From Dehalococcoidia bacterium (GTDB lineage: Bacteria > Chloroflexota > Dehalococcoidia > SHYD01): a stretch of 64,000 bases of DNA. The DNA is taken from positions 2,617,733 to 2,681,732 of the forward strand of contig OZ253478.1 of assembly GCA_965261835.1 (NCBI GenBank), given 5' to 3'. Every line of letters begins with the position of its first letter. Positions within the stretch are counted from its first letter, which is position 1. A program made the position numbers and the translations under genes. The notes under the pieces were generated by a model that was not told the DNA's origin, did no database searches, and saw nothing but the letters and a program-made list of their open reading frames with translations. Of the stretch, positions 1 to 9,800 are shown piece after piece.

Positions 1-446
1 CGCGCTACAGCTCGCTCGATGCGCTGCTCCAGGAGAGCGACGTGGTGAGCATCAACATCCCGTTGACGCCGACCACCCAGGGCATGTTCGACCGCACACT
101 GCTCAACAGTATGAAACGTGGCGCCTACTTGGTGAACACTGCCCGCGGACGGATTATCGACACCGACGCGCTGGTGGAAGTGATGGAAGCCGGACACCTG
201 GCCGGTTACGCCGGAGACGTGTGGTATCCTCAACCGGCGCCGGCCGACCACCCCTGGCGCCGGATGCCCAACCACGCCATGACTCCCCACGTATCCGGTA
301 CGTCGCTGGAGGCGCAAAAACGCTACGCCGACGGCATCCAGCAGTGCCTGATAAACTATATGAACGGCAACCCCATCGACCGCGACTACATCATCGTCGA
401 GAACGGCCGCGTCAGCAGTCCCAGCTACAGCTACGCCTATCAATAG
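1..446 (+). CDS. fdh: NAD-dependent formate dehydrogenase, C-terminal part (5' end outside the window)
   Basis: NTARG, GDVWYPQPAPADHPWR and MTPHVSGTSL motifs are typical of NAD-FDH (D-2-hydroxyacid dehydrogenase fold). Confidence 0.85.
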   Translation, partial: RYSSLDALLQESDVVSINIPLTPTTQGMFDRTLLNSMKRGAYLVNTARGRIIDTDALVEVMEAGHLAGYAGDVWYPQPAPADHPWRRMPNHAMTPHVSGTSLEAQKRYADGIQQCLINYMNGNPIDRDYIIVENGRVSSPSYSYAYQ

Positions 447-606
447 TAGTGCGCAGTCAAGTAGTGCGCAGTCATAGGCGCCCGATGCGTCTATGGCTCA
501 GGACGAACGGGGTAGCGATTATAGACACTTTCCGCACAGCTACGCGCTGCCTGCGGCATGGGCTACCCATGAAAATCATCTACGCTAACCACAAAAGGAG
601 GCAATC

Positions 607-1395
607 ATGCCAGAGGTAACCAAACACGAGCCGGGAATGTTCAACTGGGTGGACCTGATGACCACCGACGCGGAAGGCGCGCGGAAGTTCTATACGCAAC
701 TGCTCGGATGCGAAAGCTATGACAACCCTGCGGGCGAGGGCCACATCTACACGATGCTCGCCCGGAACGGCAAGAACGTCGCCGGGCTGTCACAGATGAC
801 GCCCGATATGCTCGAGCAAGGCATGAGCCCCTGCTGGAACTCTTACGTGGCAGTTGCGGACGTGGAGGAATCGGCGGTGAAAGCGGCCAGCCTGGGCGGG
901 ACGATCATCGTGCCACCGATGGACATAATGGACGTGGGGAGAATGGCCATTACCGCCGACCCCACCGGTGGCGTGCTGTCCCTGTGGGAGGCGAAATCGC
1001 ACATAGGCGCGCAGCTGATTGGGGATCCGGGGACGTTCGGCTGGGCTGAGCTCAACACCCACGACACCGCCGCCGCCGCCGAGTTCTACTTCGGCCTGTT
1101 CGGCTGGGAAGCGCAGCAGCAGGAAGTCGGGGAGGGGATGCCCTACACCGTGTTCATGAGCGGCGGCGCCCCCGCAGCCGGGATGGTCGCCATCCAGCCT
1201 GAGCAGGGCGAGGTCCTGCCTAACTGGACAGTGTACTTTGTCGTGGAAAGCCTGGAGGCGGCGCTGGAGAAGGTGCAGGCTATGGGCGGCAGCGTGCAGA
1301 TGCAGCCAATGTCCGTACCCACGGTAGGGACGTTTGCCCTCATTACCGACCCCCAGGACGTCTACTTGATGCTCATCGAGCTGGCCGTGGCGTAA
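607..1395 (+). CDS. VOC/glyoxalase family protein with two domains (CFP32-like)
   Basis: Duplicated W-x-D/E-L-x-T...FY..L.GW and DP.G motifs; AGGAGG RBS. Confidence 0.85.
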   Translation: MPEVTKHEPGMFNWVDLMTTDAEGARKFYTQLLGCESYDNPAGEGHIYTMLARNGKNVAGLSQMTPDMLEQGMSPCWNSYVAVADVEESAVKAASLGGTIIVPPMDIMDVGRMAITADPTGGVLSLWEAKSHIGAQLIGDPGTFGWAELNTHDTAAAAEFYFGLFGWEAQQQEVGEGMPYTVFMSGGAPAAGMVAIQPEQGEVLPNWTVYFVVESLEAALEKVQAMGGSVQMQPMSVPTVGTFALITDPQDVYLMLIELAVA

Positions 1396-1426
1396 AGCCG
1401 GGCACCTGACCGGTTCCTAATCGACA

Positions 1427-1455
1427 CCGCTCACCCGGAGCCTGTCGAAGAGTGG
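1427..1455. repeat. Degenerate REP-like element half; related halves at 495-510 and 50029-50054
   Basis: ccgctcacccggagcctgtcgaag resembles ccattggtcctgagcctgtcaaaggg and the reverse complement of ggctcaggacgaacgg. Confidence 0.45.
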
Positions 1456-1472
1456 CCGCCGCGGCGCAGCTC

Positions 1473-1536
1473 CCGCCGGCGCGGCTCCCCGCGTTCAGCG
1501 GCCATGCCGAGAGGACGGTGACGTTGCATATCGATT
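1473..1536 (+). repeat. Direct repeat of the RM gene 5' end (RBS plus first 6 codons, then stop); partner at 2380-2443
   Basis: 62/64 identical by manual alignment; reads GTG ACG TTG CAT ATC GAT TGA. Confidence 0.95.
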
Positions 1537-1566
1537 GACTAGGCAAGACCCACTACGATGAGTTAT

Positions 1567-1582
1567 AGTACTACTTGTAGTA
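1567..1582. promoter_or_regulatory. Putative HicB operator palindrome
   Basis: GTACTAC-TT-GTAGTAC perfect inverted repeat just upstream of hicA; autoregulation is inferred from the family. Confidence 0.6.
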
Positions 1583-1596
1583 CCATTTGAGCGAAG

Positions 1597-1833
1597 ATGC
1601 CGGACATTGATAAGCTACTCGCTAAGATCAAGGCTCGGCCATCGGAGGCTGACTATCGTGACGTTCGGGCATTGCTGGAAGCTTTTGGGTGGACAGAACG
1701 GAAGGGGAAGGGCAGCCATTCAGTCTTTACCAAAGAAGGCGAACGCTCTATCACCGTTCCGACCATCAGCGGGCGCAAAATAAAACGCTATATCCTCGAC
1801 CAAATCATTGAGCGCTTGGGGCTAGACAACTGA
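1597..1833 (+). CDS. hicA: HicA family toxin (mRNA interferase)
   Basis: 78 aa, GKGSH catalytic motif, ITVP; lies upstream of hicB. Confidence 0.9.
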   Translation: MPDIDKLLAKIKARPSEADYRDVRALLEAFGWTERKGKGSHSVFTKEGERSITVPTISGRKIKRYILDQIIERLGLDN

Positions 1834-1846
1834 ACTGGAGCATACT

Positions 1847-2242
1847 GTGAGCACCGTTACGCGTAAGCCTTTAGCACACTATCTCGCGTTGCAGTATCCC
1901 TTTAACGTGGTCGCTGATCCCGAGGGAGGATATGTCGTGGTCTATCCTGACCTCCCTGGTTGTATGACCCAAGGGGAGACCTTGGAAGAGCTGGTTGCCA
2001 TGGCGCAAGATGCCAGGCAGAGCTGGATCGAGGCCGAGTATGAGCGCGGCAATGACATCCCGCTACCGAGCTACCCTGAGGAATATAGCGGCAAGTTCAA
2101 CGTGCGCATTCCCAAATCGTTGCACCGGGCATTAGCTGAGGCCTCCCACCGTGAGGAAGTTAGCCTCAACCAATATGTCCTTAGCCTGCTCGCCCGTGGC
2201 GATGCACAGTATCGAGTCGAACGCCTGCTAGAGAGGGACTAA
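1847..2242 (+). CDS. hicB: HicB family antitoxin with C-terminal RHH domain
   Basis: YPDLPGCMTQGETLEE and KFNVRIPKSLHRAL...SLNQY. Confidence 0.92.
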   Translation: MSTVTRKPLAHYLALQYPFNVVADPEGGYVVVYPDLPGCMTQGETLEELVAMAQDARQSWIEAEYERGNDIPLPSYPEEYSGKFNVRIPKSLHRALAEASHREEVSLNQYVLSLLARGDAQYRVERLLERD

Positions 2243-2424
2243 CAGGCAAGATCGTTCGGCAAGATGGGGTGGGCGCCCCACACGCTCCCCGCGTTTAAGC
2301 CGGGCAACAACTCCCAGTAACAAACTGTCGAAGCGCTTACTCGCCCCAGAGTCGCTGGGCCATTGCGAGATCCGGCCCTCCGCCGGCGCGGCTTCCCGCG
2401 TTCAGCGGCCATTCCGAGAGGACG

Positions 2425-5400
2425 GTGACGTTGCATATCGATTACGACGACCCGAAATTCGCCGCCGCCGCCGCCGAGATCCTGCAGCGGCATAACAACG
2501 GCGAGCCGGAGGCCAACATCACCAGCGCGGTGCGGGGCTTCCTCATCGCCACCGGCCTGGCCAGCCCCAGCGAGATCGGCGAGGAGAACCCGCCCGCTCA
2601 AGGTTCACGCAGCGCCGTAGACCTGACCGCCCTCGACACCTTCATCGAGTCGAAGCGCCGGATCGGCAACGGCATCGACCCCAACCCCGAGTACGTCCAG
2701 CAGCTTGACGACTACCTGGCGCAGTCGGCGAAGCAAGGCCGGGAGCGGATGGGCATCCTGACCGACGGCAAGTACTGGCTGACGCGCTGGCCGAACGCCG
2801 GACCGGTCAAGCTGGTCCCGCCCTACGCCTTCACGCTGGAGAGCCCGGACGGCTGGATCCTCCTCTACGAGTGGCTGCGCGATCATGCCCTGGCCGCAGT
2901 GGAGAACAAGCAGCCCACCCGGCTCACCATCGCCGAGAGCTTCGGCCCCAACAGTCTCGCTTACCAGCGCGACGTGGCGCAGCTCAGGGCTAAGTATGAC
3001 GAGTACGCCGGTTTGAACACGATCAAGGTCAAGTACCAACTGTGGCAGAACCTGCTTACCGCGGCCCTGGGCGAAATCGCCGGCACCCCCGCGCAGTTGG
3101 ATGACCTGTTCGTCCGCCACACCTATTTGAGCGCCGTCATCGGGATGGTGGTGCAGGCGTCCTTCGGCAGCGACATCCGCCAGCTGGCGGAGACCGATCC
3201 CGCAGACCTGCTCCAGGGCCGCTCCTTCCGCAACCAGACCGGCCTGCAGGGCGTGGTGGAGTCGGACTTCTTCGCCTGGCCCACCGAGGTCGGCGGCTTG
3301 CCGCTGCTCAAAGCGCTGGCCCGCCGCGTCGCCAAGTTCGACTGGCGCAACCCGCCCAACGACATCGCCGCCATCCTCTACGAGACCGTCATCCCCCCCG
3401 AGGAGCGCCGCCAGCTCAGCGAGTACTACACCCCCGGCTGGCTGGCACGGGCCATCGTGCAGGAGCTGGTGACCGACCCCATGGACCAATACGTGCTCGA
3501 CCCGGCCTGCGGCTCCGGGACGTTCATCGCCGAAGCCGTCACCCACCTCCTCGACGCGGCCAACAAGACCTCCCTGGACGCCAAGGAGGTGTTGGACTGG
3601 CTGCGCTTCTCCGTGACCGGCATCGACGTCCACCCGGTGGCGGTGCACCTCGCCCGCGCCGCTTGGGTGCTGGCGGCGCAGCCCGCGATCCAGGCGGCGG
3701 TCGAGGACGGCTTCGCAGCCAATCTCACCGTTCCCGTCTACCTGGGAGACGCCCTCCAACTCCGGTTTCGCACCGGTGACATGTTCGCCGAGCACAACGT
3801 AACCGTCCAGGTGGAGGACGAACACCACACCGAGTTAGTCTTTCCCGTGAGCCTGGTACAGCGGGCCGAGACCTTTGACGGCCTGATGGGTGACATTGCC
3901 GATGCCATTGATCATGGCGACGACCCAGACGTCGCCCTCGATGACCATCGCATTACCGACCCCGGCGAGCGGGCGACCCTCCAGCAGACCATTGCGTCGC
4001 TGCAAAGGCTGCACGGCGAGGGCCGCGACCACATTTGGGCCTACTACACCCGCAACCTGGTGCGCCCGGTGGCCCTCGCCCAAAGCAAGGTGGACGTGAT
4101 CGTGGGCAACCCGCCCTGGCTCAACTACAACCAGACCGCCAGCATCCTGCGCAGCGAGCTGGAGCGACAGAGCAAAGACCTCTACGGCATCTGGACCGGT
4201 GGTCGTTACGCCACTCACCAAGACGTAGCCGGGCTGTTCTTCGCCCGCAGCGTTGACCTGTACTTGAAGCAGGGCGGGCTTATCGGCATGGTGCTGCCCC
4301 ACAGCGCATTGCAGACCGGCCAGTATTCCAAGTGGCGCAGCGGCGCCTGGCAGGCAAAATCCATCGGCAGCGGAAAAGGCCGCCAGCCGGGCCGGGTCCT
4401 GTCAGTGGACTTCAGTCACAAGATGGCTTGGGACCTGGAGGGGCTGGAACCCAACAGCTTCTTCCCAGTGCCGGCCGCGGTGGTGTTTGCCCGCAATCTT
4501 GGGGTGGACGCCCAGGCAATAGGGCTTGCGGGCGAGGTGGAGCGCTGGCGGGGTAAGCCGGGCGGGGACGCTGACAGGCGTAAACGCGTAGCCATAGTTG
4601 ACACATCAACAGCTAGCATATCTCCCTACGGTCATTTCTCAAGAAATGGTGCAACAATTTTCCCTCGCTGCCTCTTCTTCATCAATGAAACAGAGAACAC
4701 CGCCCTTATTCAAGCGGGTCAGACCATCACCGTGAACCCCCGCCGCGGCGGCCAGGACAAGGAACCTTGGCGCAACCTGGACCTCACCGCGCTCACCGGC
4801 CAGACCATTGAGGCTCAACACGTCTTTGATGTCTATTTAGGAGAGACGTTGGCCCCCTATGCGACGCTCGACCCGCTCAAAGCAGTACTACCCCTGAAGC
4901 CGCGCAACCGCGAACTCCCTGCCGATAGCAAAGGCGTGGGGGGTATTCGCTTGGGCGGATTGAGCCAGAGGATGCGCGACCGCTGGCGGGTCGTCAGCAA
5001 CCTGTGGGAGGCAAACAGGGCGGCAGCTACCAAAATGAACCTGTTGGGGCAGTTGGACTATTACGGCAAGCTCTCGTCGCAGTTGGAATGGCGGGCGGCT
5101 CCTGGCGACCGGCCGGTCCGGGTGGTCTACAACCAATCGGGCGCGCCGACGGCGGCGCTACTCCAGGACGATGACGCCATAGTTGACTACAGGCTGTTCT
5201 GGATTGCCTGCAAAGATGCGCAGGAAGCCCATTATCTGCTGGCCATCATCAACAGCGATGCGCTGGCAACGGCAGTAGCCCCACTCATGTCAAAGGGCCA
5301 GTTTGGGGCGCGAGACTTGGAGAAACACCTGTGGAAGCTGCCGATCCCAGCGTTCGACGCGGGCAACCCGCTGCACCTTGAGCTTGCGGCCGCGGGGGAA

Positions 5401-5565
5401 GCAGCGGCGGCAGGGGTGGCGGAGCAGCTGGCGGCGTTGCGGTCGGCGCGCGGGCAAAGCGTCAGCGTCACGATCGCGCGTCGGGAGCTGCGGGCGTGGC
5501 TGCGCGGGTCAGCGGCGGGCGCGCGGGTGGAGGCAGGGGTGGGTCGGCTGCTGGGTGGCGGGTAG
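2425..5565 (+). CDS. Type IIG-like fused restriction endonuclease / N6-adenine DNA methyltransferase
   Basis: N-terminal D...ExK plus QL..YL and GILTDG..W nuclease signature; EYYTP; DPACGSGTF (motif I); NPPW (motif IV); C-terminal TRD-like region. Confidence 0.85.
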   Translation: MTLHIDYDDPKFAAAAAEILQRHNNGEPEANITSAVRGFLIATGLASPSEIGEENPPAQGSRSAVDLTALDTFIESKRRIGNGIDPNPEYVQQLDDYLAQSAKQGRERMGILTDGKYWLTRWPNAGPVKLVPPYAFTLESPDGWILLYEWLRDHALAAVENKQPTRLTIAESFGPNSLAYQRDVAQLRAKYDEYAGLNTIKVKYQLWQNLLTAALGEIAGTPAQLDDLFVRHTYLSAVIGMVVQASFGSDIRQLAETDPADLLQGRSFRNQTGLQGVVESDFFAWPTEVGGLPLLKALARRVAKFDWRNPPNDIAAILYETVIPPEERRQLSEYYTPGWLARAIVQELVTDPMDQYVLDPACGSGTFIAEAVTHLLDAANKTSLDAKEVLDWLRFSVTGIDVHPVAVHLARAAWVLAAQPAIQAAVEDGFAANLTVPVYLGDALQLRFRTGDMFAEHNVTVQVEDEHHTELVFPVSLVQRAETFDGLMGDIADAIDHGDDPDVALDDHRITDPGERATLQQTIASLQRLHGEGRDHIWAYYTRNLVRPVALAQSKVDVIVGNPPWLNYNQTASILRSELERQSKDLYGIWTGGRYATHQDVAGLFFARSVDLYLKQGGLIGMVLPHSALQTGQYSKWRSGAWQAKSIGSGKGRQPGRVLSVDFSHKMAWDLEGLEPNSFFPVPAAVVFARNLGVDAQAIGLAGEVERWRGKPGGDADRRKRVAIVDTSTASISPYGHFSRNGATIFPRCLFFINETENTALIQAGQTITVNPRRGGQDKEPWRNLDLTALTGQTIEAQHVFDVYLGETLAPYATLDPLKAVLPLKPRNRELPADSKGVGGIRLGGLSQRMRDRWRVVSNLWEANRAAATKMNLLGQLDYYGKLSSQLEWRAAPGDRPVRVVYNQSGAPTAALLQDDDAIVDYRLFWIACKDAQEAHYLLAIINSDALATAVAPLMSKGQFGARDLEKHLWKLPIPAFDAGNPLHLELAAAGEAAAAGVAEQLAALRSARGQSVSVTIARRELRAWLRGSAAGARVEAGVGRLLGGG

Positions 5566-5567
5566 GG

Positions 5568-5653
5568 GATGCCGCCTCCATATTAAAGCCTGCCTATCGT
5601 ATAGAGCGCCGTGGCCGCCATATGTAAGGCGGGCTTCAACATAGGAAGGATGG
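5568..5653 (+). repeat. Two-site copy of the 40-bp palindromic array; direct repeat of 13942-14027
   Basis: Sites at 5576-5606 and 5616-5646; the last 40 bp (5614-5653) are identical to 13988-14027. Confidence 0.95.
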
Positions 5654-6546
5654 AAGGCAGAATGAAGTCCTTGCGAGAATTGCTGGCCTATTATAAGGGG
5701 TGCCAGATGGGTGCTGACGCTACATCTGAACGACGATTCGGGTCAAGACACGGCACGGTTACGATCTCGGATGAAACGAGGATTATTGATTCGGCCCTTC
5801 TCTATGATGCCGACCGATTGACCAAGGCGTCCTTAGCATCGTACTTGGCGTGCAGCCACCTGAGTTTGGGAGGCCACAGCACATGGGGAGACATCAGCTT
5901 GTACTATGCCCGGTTTCATAGCATCTTGGCAATGGTGCGGCTGGTAGGGATAGCCTCCGACAATAATTGGCTCTTGATTCGCACAAACGAAGAGCGCCGT
6001 GAATACAAGCGCATGAAAAAGTGCACCCAGGAAGCGAAAGAGGTCGGGTGCGGCGGGGGCAGCCACAGAGAGGCCTGGCGCATCTTCTCACGGTATTTTC
6101 AAGACTGGGCACAGGACGAGACGCCGAGAAAAGTGGCATCCATTCTGGGAGAAGACCCCATCTTCGCCAAAGGCACAGCCATGTATGCAGCGGCGATAGT
6201 GGAGCGAAACGAGGCCAACTATCTCCAGTCCAACGCCGGCGTCTTCTTTCCCGAGACCGATTTTTCGGGATCGCAGCATGTGGTTAAGGTAGCAAAGTCG
6301 CGGGGGAACTGGAACTGGTTGCGGACTGACGCTACTCCAGGTGGGTCCGAGGACTCGCCTGAAGAGTGGTTCGCCAAAGAGATGGGAACCTGGTACTTAA
6401 TCAAGTTCGTCATTGCGGCATTGGTCAAGTCGCAGGGTCAACTCCTCTTGGAAGACTATGTCTGGATTATCGACAACCTCGACGCCTACCCGGGACTGAC
6501 CCAGCACATGAAGAACGACCTTCTCGATGTGTGCACCTATGATTGA
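5650..6546 (+). CDS. Hypothetical protein, probable HEPN domain
   Basis: LYYARFH...GSH...ERNEANY matches the HEPN YYAxFH / sH / RxxADY pattern; visibly more AT-rich; start 5650 or 5662. Confidence 0.55.
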   Translation: MEGRMKSLRELLAYYKGCQMGADATSERRFGSRHGTVTISDETRIIDSALLYDADRLTKASLASYLACSHLSLGGHSTWGDISLYYARFHSILAMVRLVGIASDNNWLLIRTNEERREYKRMKKCTQEAKEVGCGGGSHREAWRIFSRYFQDWAQDETPRKVASILGEDPIFAKGTAMYAAAIVERNEANYLQSNAGVFFPETDFSGSQHVVKVAKSRGNWNWLRTDATPGGSEDSPEEWFAKEMGTWYLIKFVIAALVKSQGQLLLEDYVWIIDNLDAYPGLTQHMKNDLLDVCTYD

Positions 6547-6569
6547 CATTTTTGTGGGGTTGACGCCCC

Positions 6570-6688
6570 CGCGCGGGCAGGGCGTCAGCGTCACGATAGC
6601 GCGACGGGAGCTGCGGGCGTGGCTGCGCGGGTCAGCCGCGGGCGCGCGGGTGGAGGCAGGGGTGGGGCGGCTGCTGGGGGGCGGGTGA
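6570..6688 (+). repeat. Copy 2 of the RM gene 3' end (gene fragment with TGA stop)
   Basis: Aligns to 5448-5565 and encodes RGQGVSVTIARRELRAWLRGSAAGARVEAGVGRLLGGG*. Confidence 0.95.
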
Positions 6689-6821
6689 CGGGGGGCGACC
6701 TGCTTTGGCGAAACGGGATGGCTCACTCACAGATTTCACGGTAACATTAACATTCATTAACATGATTGTATCTACTCACTCTCAGAGTAGCCCGATACCC
6801 TGGTGACTGACAACCGGATGA

Positions 6822-9800
6822 GTGCTGAGCAAAGACACCACCACAAATCTGACCTATGGACCGGGCACGAAGGAATTCACTCTGGTGTCTGACGACAGCA
6901 GCCCGCTCTTGCTCCGTTGCCTCTCACTGGACCTTGAAGTCGGCGTCCGAGACCCCCGTATCCACGCTTTCGCCGGGGTCCGCCCGGACACTGGTCAATC
7001 CCTGATTTTCCCCGCAGCGGGCGACGGCTTGGCCGCAGCATTGGGCAAGCTAGACGACCTTTCCGATGGCGCGGACTTCCTGCTGGGCCACAATCTGATC
7101 GATTTCGATGTGCCCCAACTGCAAGCGGTGAATCCCGGTTTGCGGCTATTGCGGCTGCCAGCCGTGGATACCCTCCGACTCAATCCCCTGGCCTTCCCCC
7201 GTAACCCCTATCACCACTTGGTCAAGCACTACCAAGACGGACAACTCAAACGCGGGCGCATCAACGACCCAGAACTGGATGCCAGGCTTACGCTGGAGGT
7301 CTTCGGCAACCAGCAAAAGGCCCTGTCCGATGCATCGTCTGATCTGTTAACAGCCTGGCATTGGCTGACCACGGCGGACAAAGGTGCGGGATTCGATAGG
7401 GTTTTCGCGTCGCTGCGGCACTCGCGCAGGCCGTCCAACGCCGAGGCTTATGACGCGATTGCCACACGTTTGGCTGGCAACTCGTGCCAGGCGCGCGCCC
7501 GCGAGGCCATAGCGGATGCAGCCCGGCACCGCTGGGCACTGGCCTATGCGCTGGCGTGGCTGTCGGTGGCTGGGGGCAATTCGGTCATGCCTCCCTGGGT
7601 GCGGCATCAGTTTCCCGAAGCGGGGCAGTTGGTGCGCCGGTTGCGCGACACCGCCTGCGCCGACACCGCCTGCGGCTGGTGCCGGGAGCGGCACGACGCC
7701 CGCAAGGAGCTTGCCCGCTGGTTCGGCTTTGCCAACTTCCGGGCGGAGCCGGCGGACGAGGCCGGGCGGCCTCTGCAGCAGTCCATCGTCGAGGCGGCGA
7801 TGGCGGGGGAGCATGTGCTGGCAATCCTGCCCACCGGCGCCGGCAAGTCGCTTTGCTATCAGATACCGGCCCTGTCCCGCTACGACAAGACCGGCGCACT
7901 GACCGTGGTTATCTCGCCCCTGGTCGCCCTCATGTCTGACCAAGTGGCCGGTCTCGAGGCGCGCGGCATTGGCTCCTGCGTCACCATCAACGGGAATCTG
8001 TCCATGCCTGAGCGATCCGATGCGTTGGACCGAGTGCGGCTGGGGGATGCCGGCATCCTCATCATCTCGCCGGAGCAGCTTCGCAGTGTTTCCGTACGCC
8101 GCGCCCTGGCACAGCGTGAGATCGGTGCTTGGGTGCTGGACGAGGCCCACTGCCTCTCGAAGTGGGGGCACGACTTCCGTCCCGATTACCGTTATGTGGG
8201 GCGCTTCATCCGCAAGACAGCGGGGAAGGATCCGGCGCCGCCAGTGTTGTGCCTGACAGCGACCGCCAAGCCCGACGTGAAGGCCGAGATCGTGGCTTAC
8301 TTCCAGCAAGAGCTCGGCATCAAACTGAAGGTCTTCGACGGCGGCGCCCAACGCACCAACTTGGAATTTGTGGTGGCGCAGACGAGCAACGGGGAGAAGT
8401 TCGCCCATATTCACCAAGTCCTCATGGCCGATCTACCGCAGGATGAACCGGGCGGTGCCATCGTCTATTGCGCAACGCGACGGGAGACCGAAGAGGTCGC
8501 GGAGTTCTTGCAGGCGAAAGAGACGAAGGCGGACTACTTCCATGCAGGACTGCCGCCGGAGACCAAGAAGAACGTCCAGCAAAGCTTCATCCGCGGCGAT
8601 CTGCAGGTTATGGTCGCCACCAATGCGTTTGGCATGGGTATCGATAAGCCGGATGTGAGACTGGTGATCCATGCCGACATCCCCAGTTCCCTAGAGAACT
8701 ACCTGCAGGAGGCGGGCCGCGCCGGACGGGACCAGCGGACCGCGCGCTGCGTCCTGTTCTACACACTGGATGATGTGGAACGCCAGTTCGGCATGTCAGC
8801 GCGTTCGCGGCTCACGCGGCGGGAGATCCACGGCATCCTGAAGGCACTGCGGAATCTGGACCGGAAGAAACGCCTGGGCGGCCAGGTCGAGGCCACTGCC
8901 GGTGAGATCCTCGGTGAAGACGAAGACAAAGCATTCGGGCGAGATTCCGCCACCGACGACACCCGAGTGCGGACCGCAGTGGCTTGGCTGGAGGAGGCGG
9001 CGCTGCTGACCCGAGAGGAGAACCGGGTGCAGCTGTTTCCGTCCTCCTTGCGGGTGGGTTCAACAGACGAGGCACGGGACAAGATCGAGAAGGCTCCCAT
9101 CGCGAAGGGTTATGGCCGCCAATTGCTGACCATCTCCGAGACGCTGATCGGGGCGGATGCGGATGAGGGCATCTCCACCGACGAGCTGATGGCCGCGGCG
9201 GGTCTGACCTCTGAGGGAGTGCGCGGCGCGCTCTACGACCTAGAACGGTTGGGGATCGCCAGCAACGATACGGTGTTGACCGCCTTCGTCCACACCGGGG
9301 TGGAGCGCGCCTCGCGGAGACGCTTAGAGGAGGCGGAGGCATTGGAGCGGTCTCTGATTGCCCTATTGCGCGAGACAGCTCCGGATATGGCTAAGGGCGA
9401 TACGTCGACGCTGCATCTCCGCCTCGCCACGCAACGGCTCAAGGATAACGGTCATAGCTACGCCCTGCCCGAACGCTTATGGCGGATCGTCCGTAGCATC
9501 GCCGCCGACGGACGGGGTGAGGGCGGCAGTGGCGGAAGCCTTGGAGTGCGCCAATTGGATCGGGAGACCGTGCAAGTGACGTTGCAACGCGAGTGGGAAG
9601 CGTTGGAAATGACCGCTGAAATGCGTCGCGCAGGTGCCCGGCGACTGCTGGATCATCTACTCGCCTGCCTGCCTCCAAGAAGCCGGGGCACGGACCTGCT
9701 GGCGGAGACGACCCTCGGCAAGCTGTTGAAAGCCATCGAGGCCGACCTCATCCTTAGGAGTCAAGTTAGGGACCCCGCCAAGCTAATGGACCGCGCCCTG

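Noticed and set aside
445-474. 15-bp tandem duplication AGTAGTGCGCAGTCA; similar short duplications near 17247, 56687 and 63804
   Set aside because: Two copies only; consistent with ordinary slippage and no functional evidence.
2605-3828. Long antisense ORFs, also 7347-8417, 22702-23967 and 51475-52725
   Set aside because: Shadow frames of well-supported genes in high-GC DNA, with no recognisable motifs.
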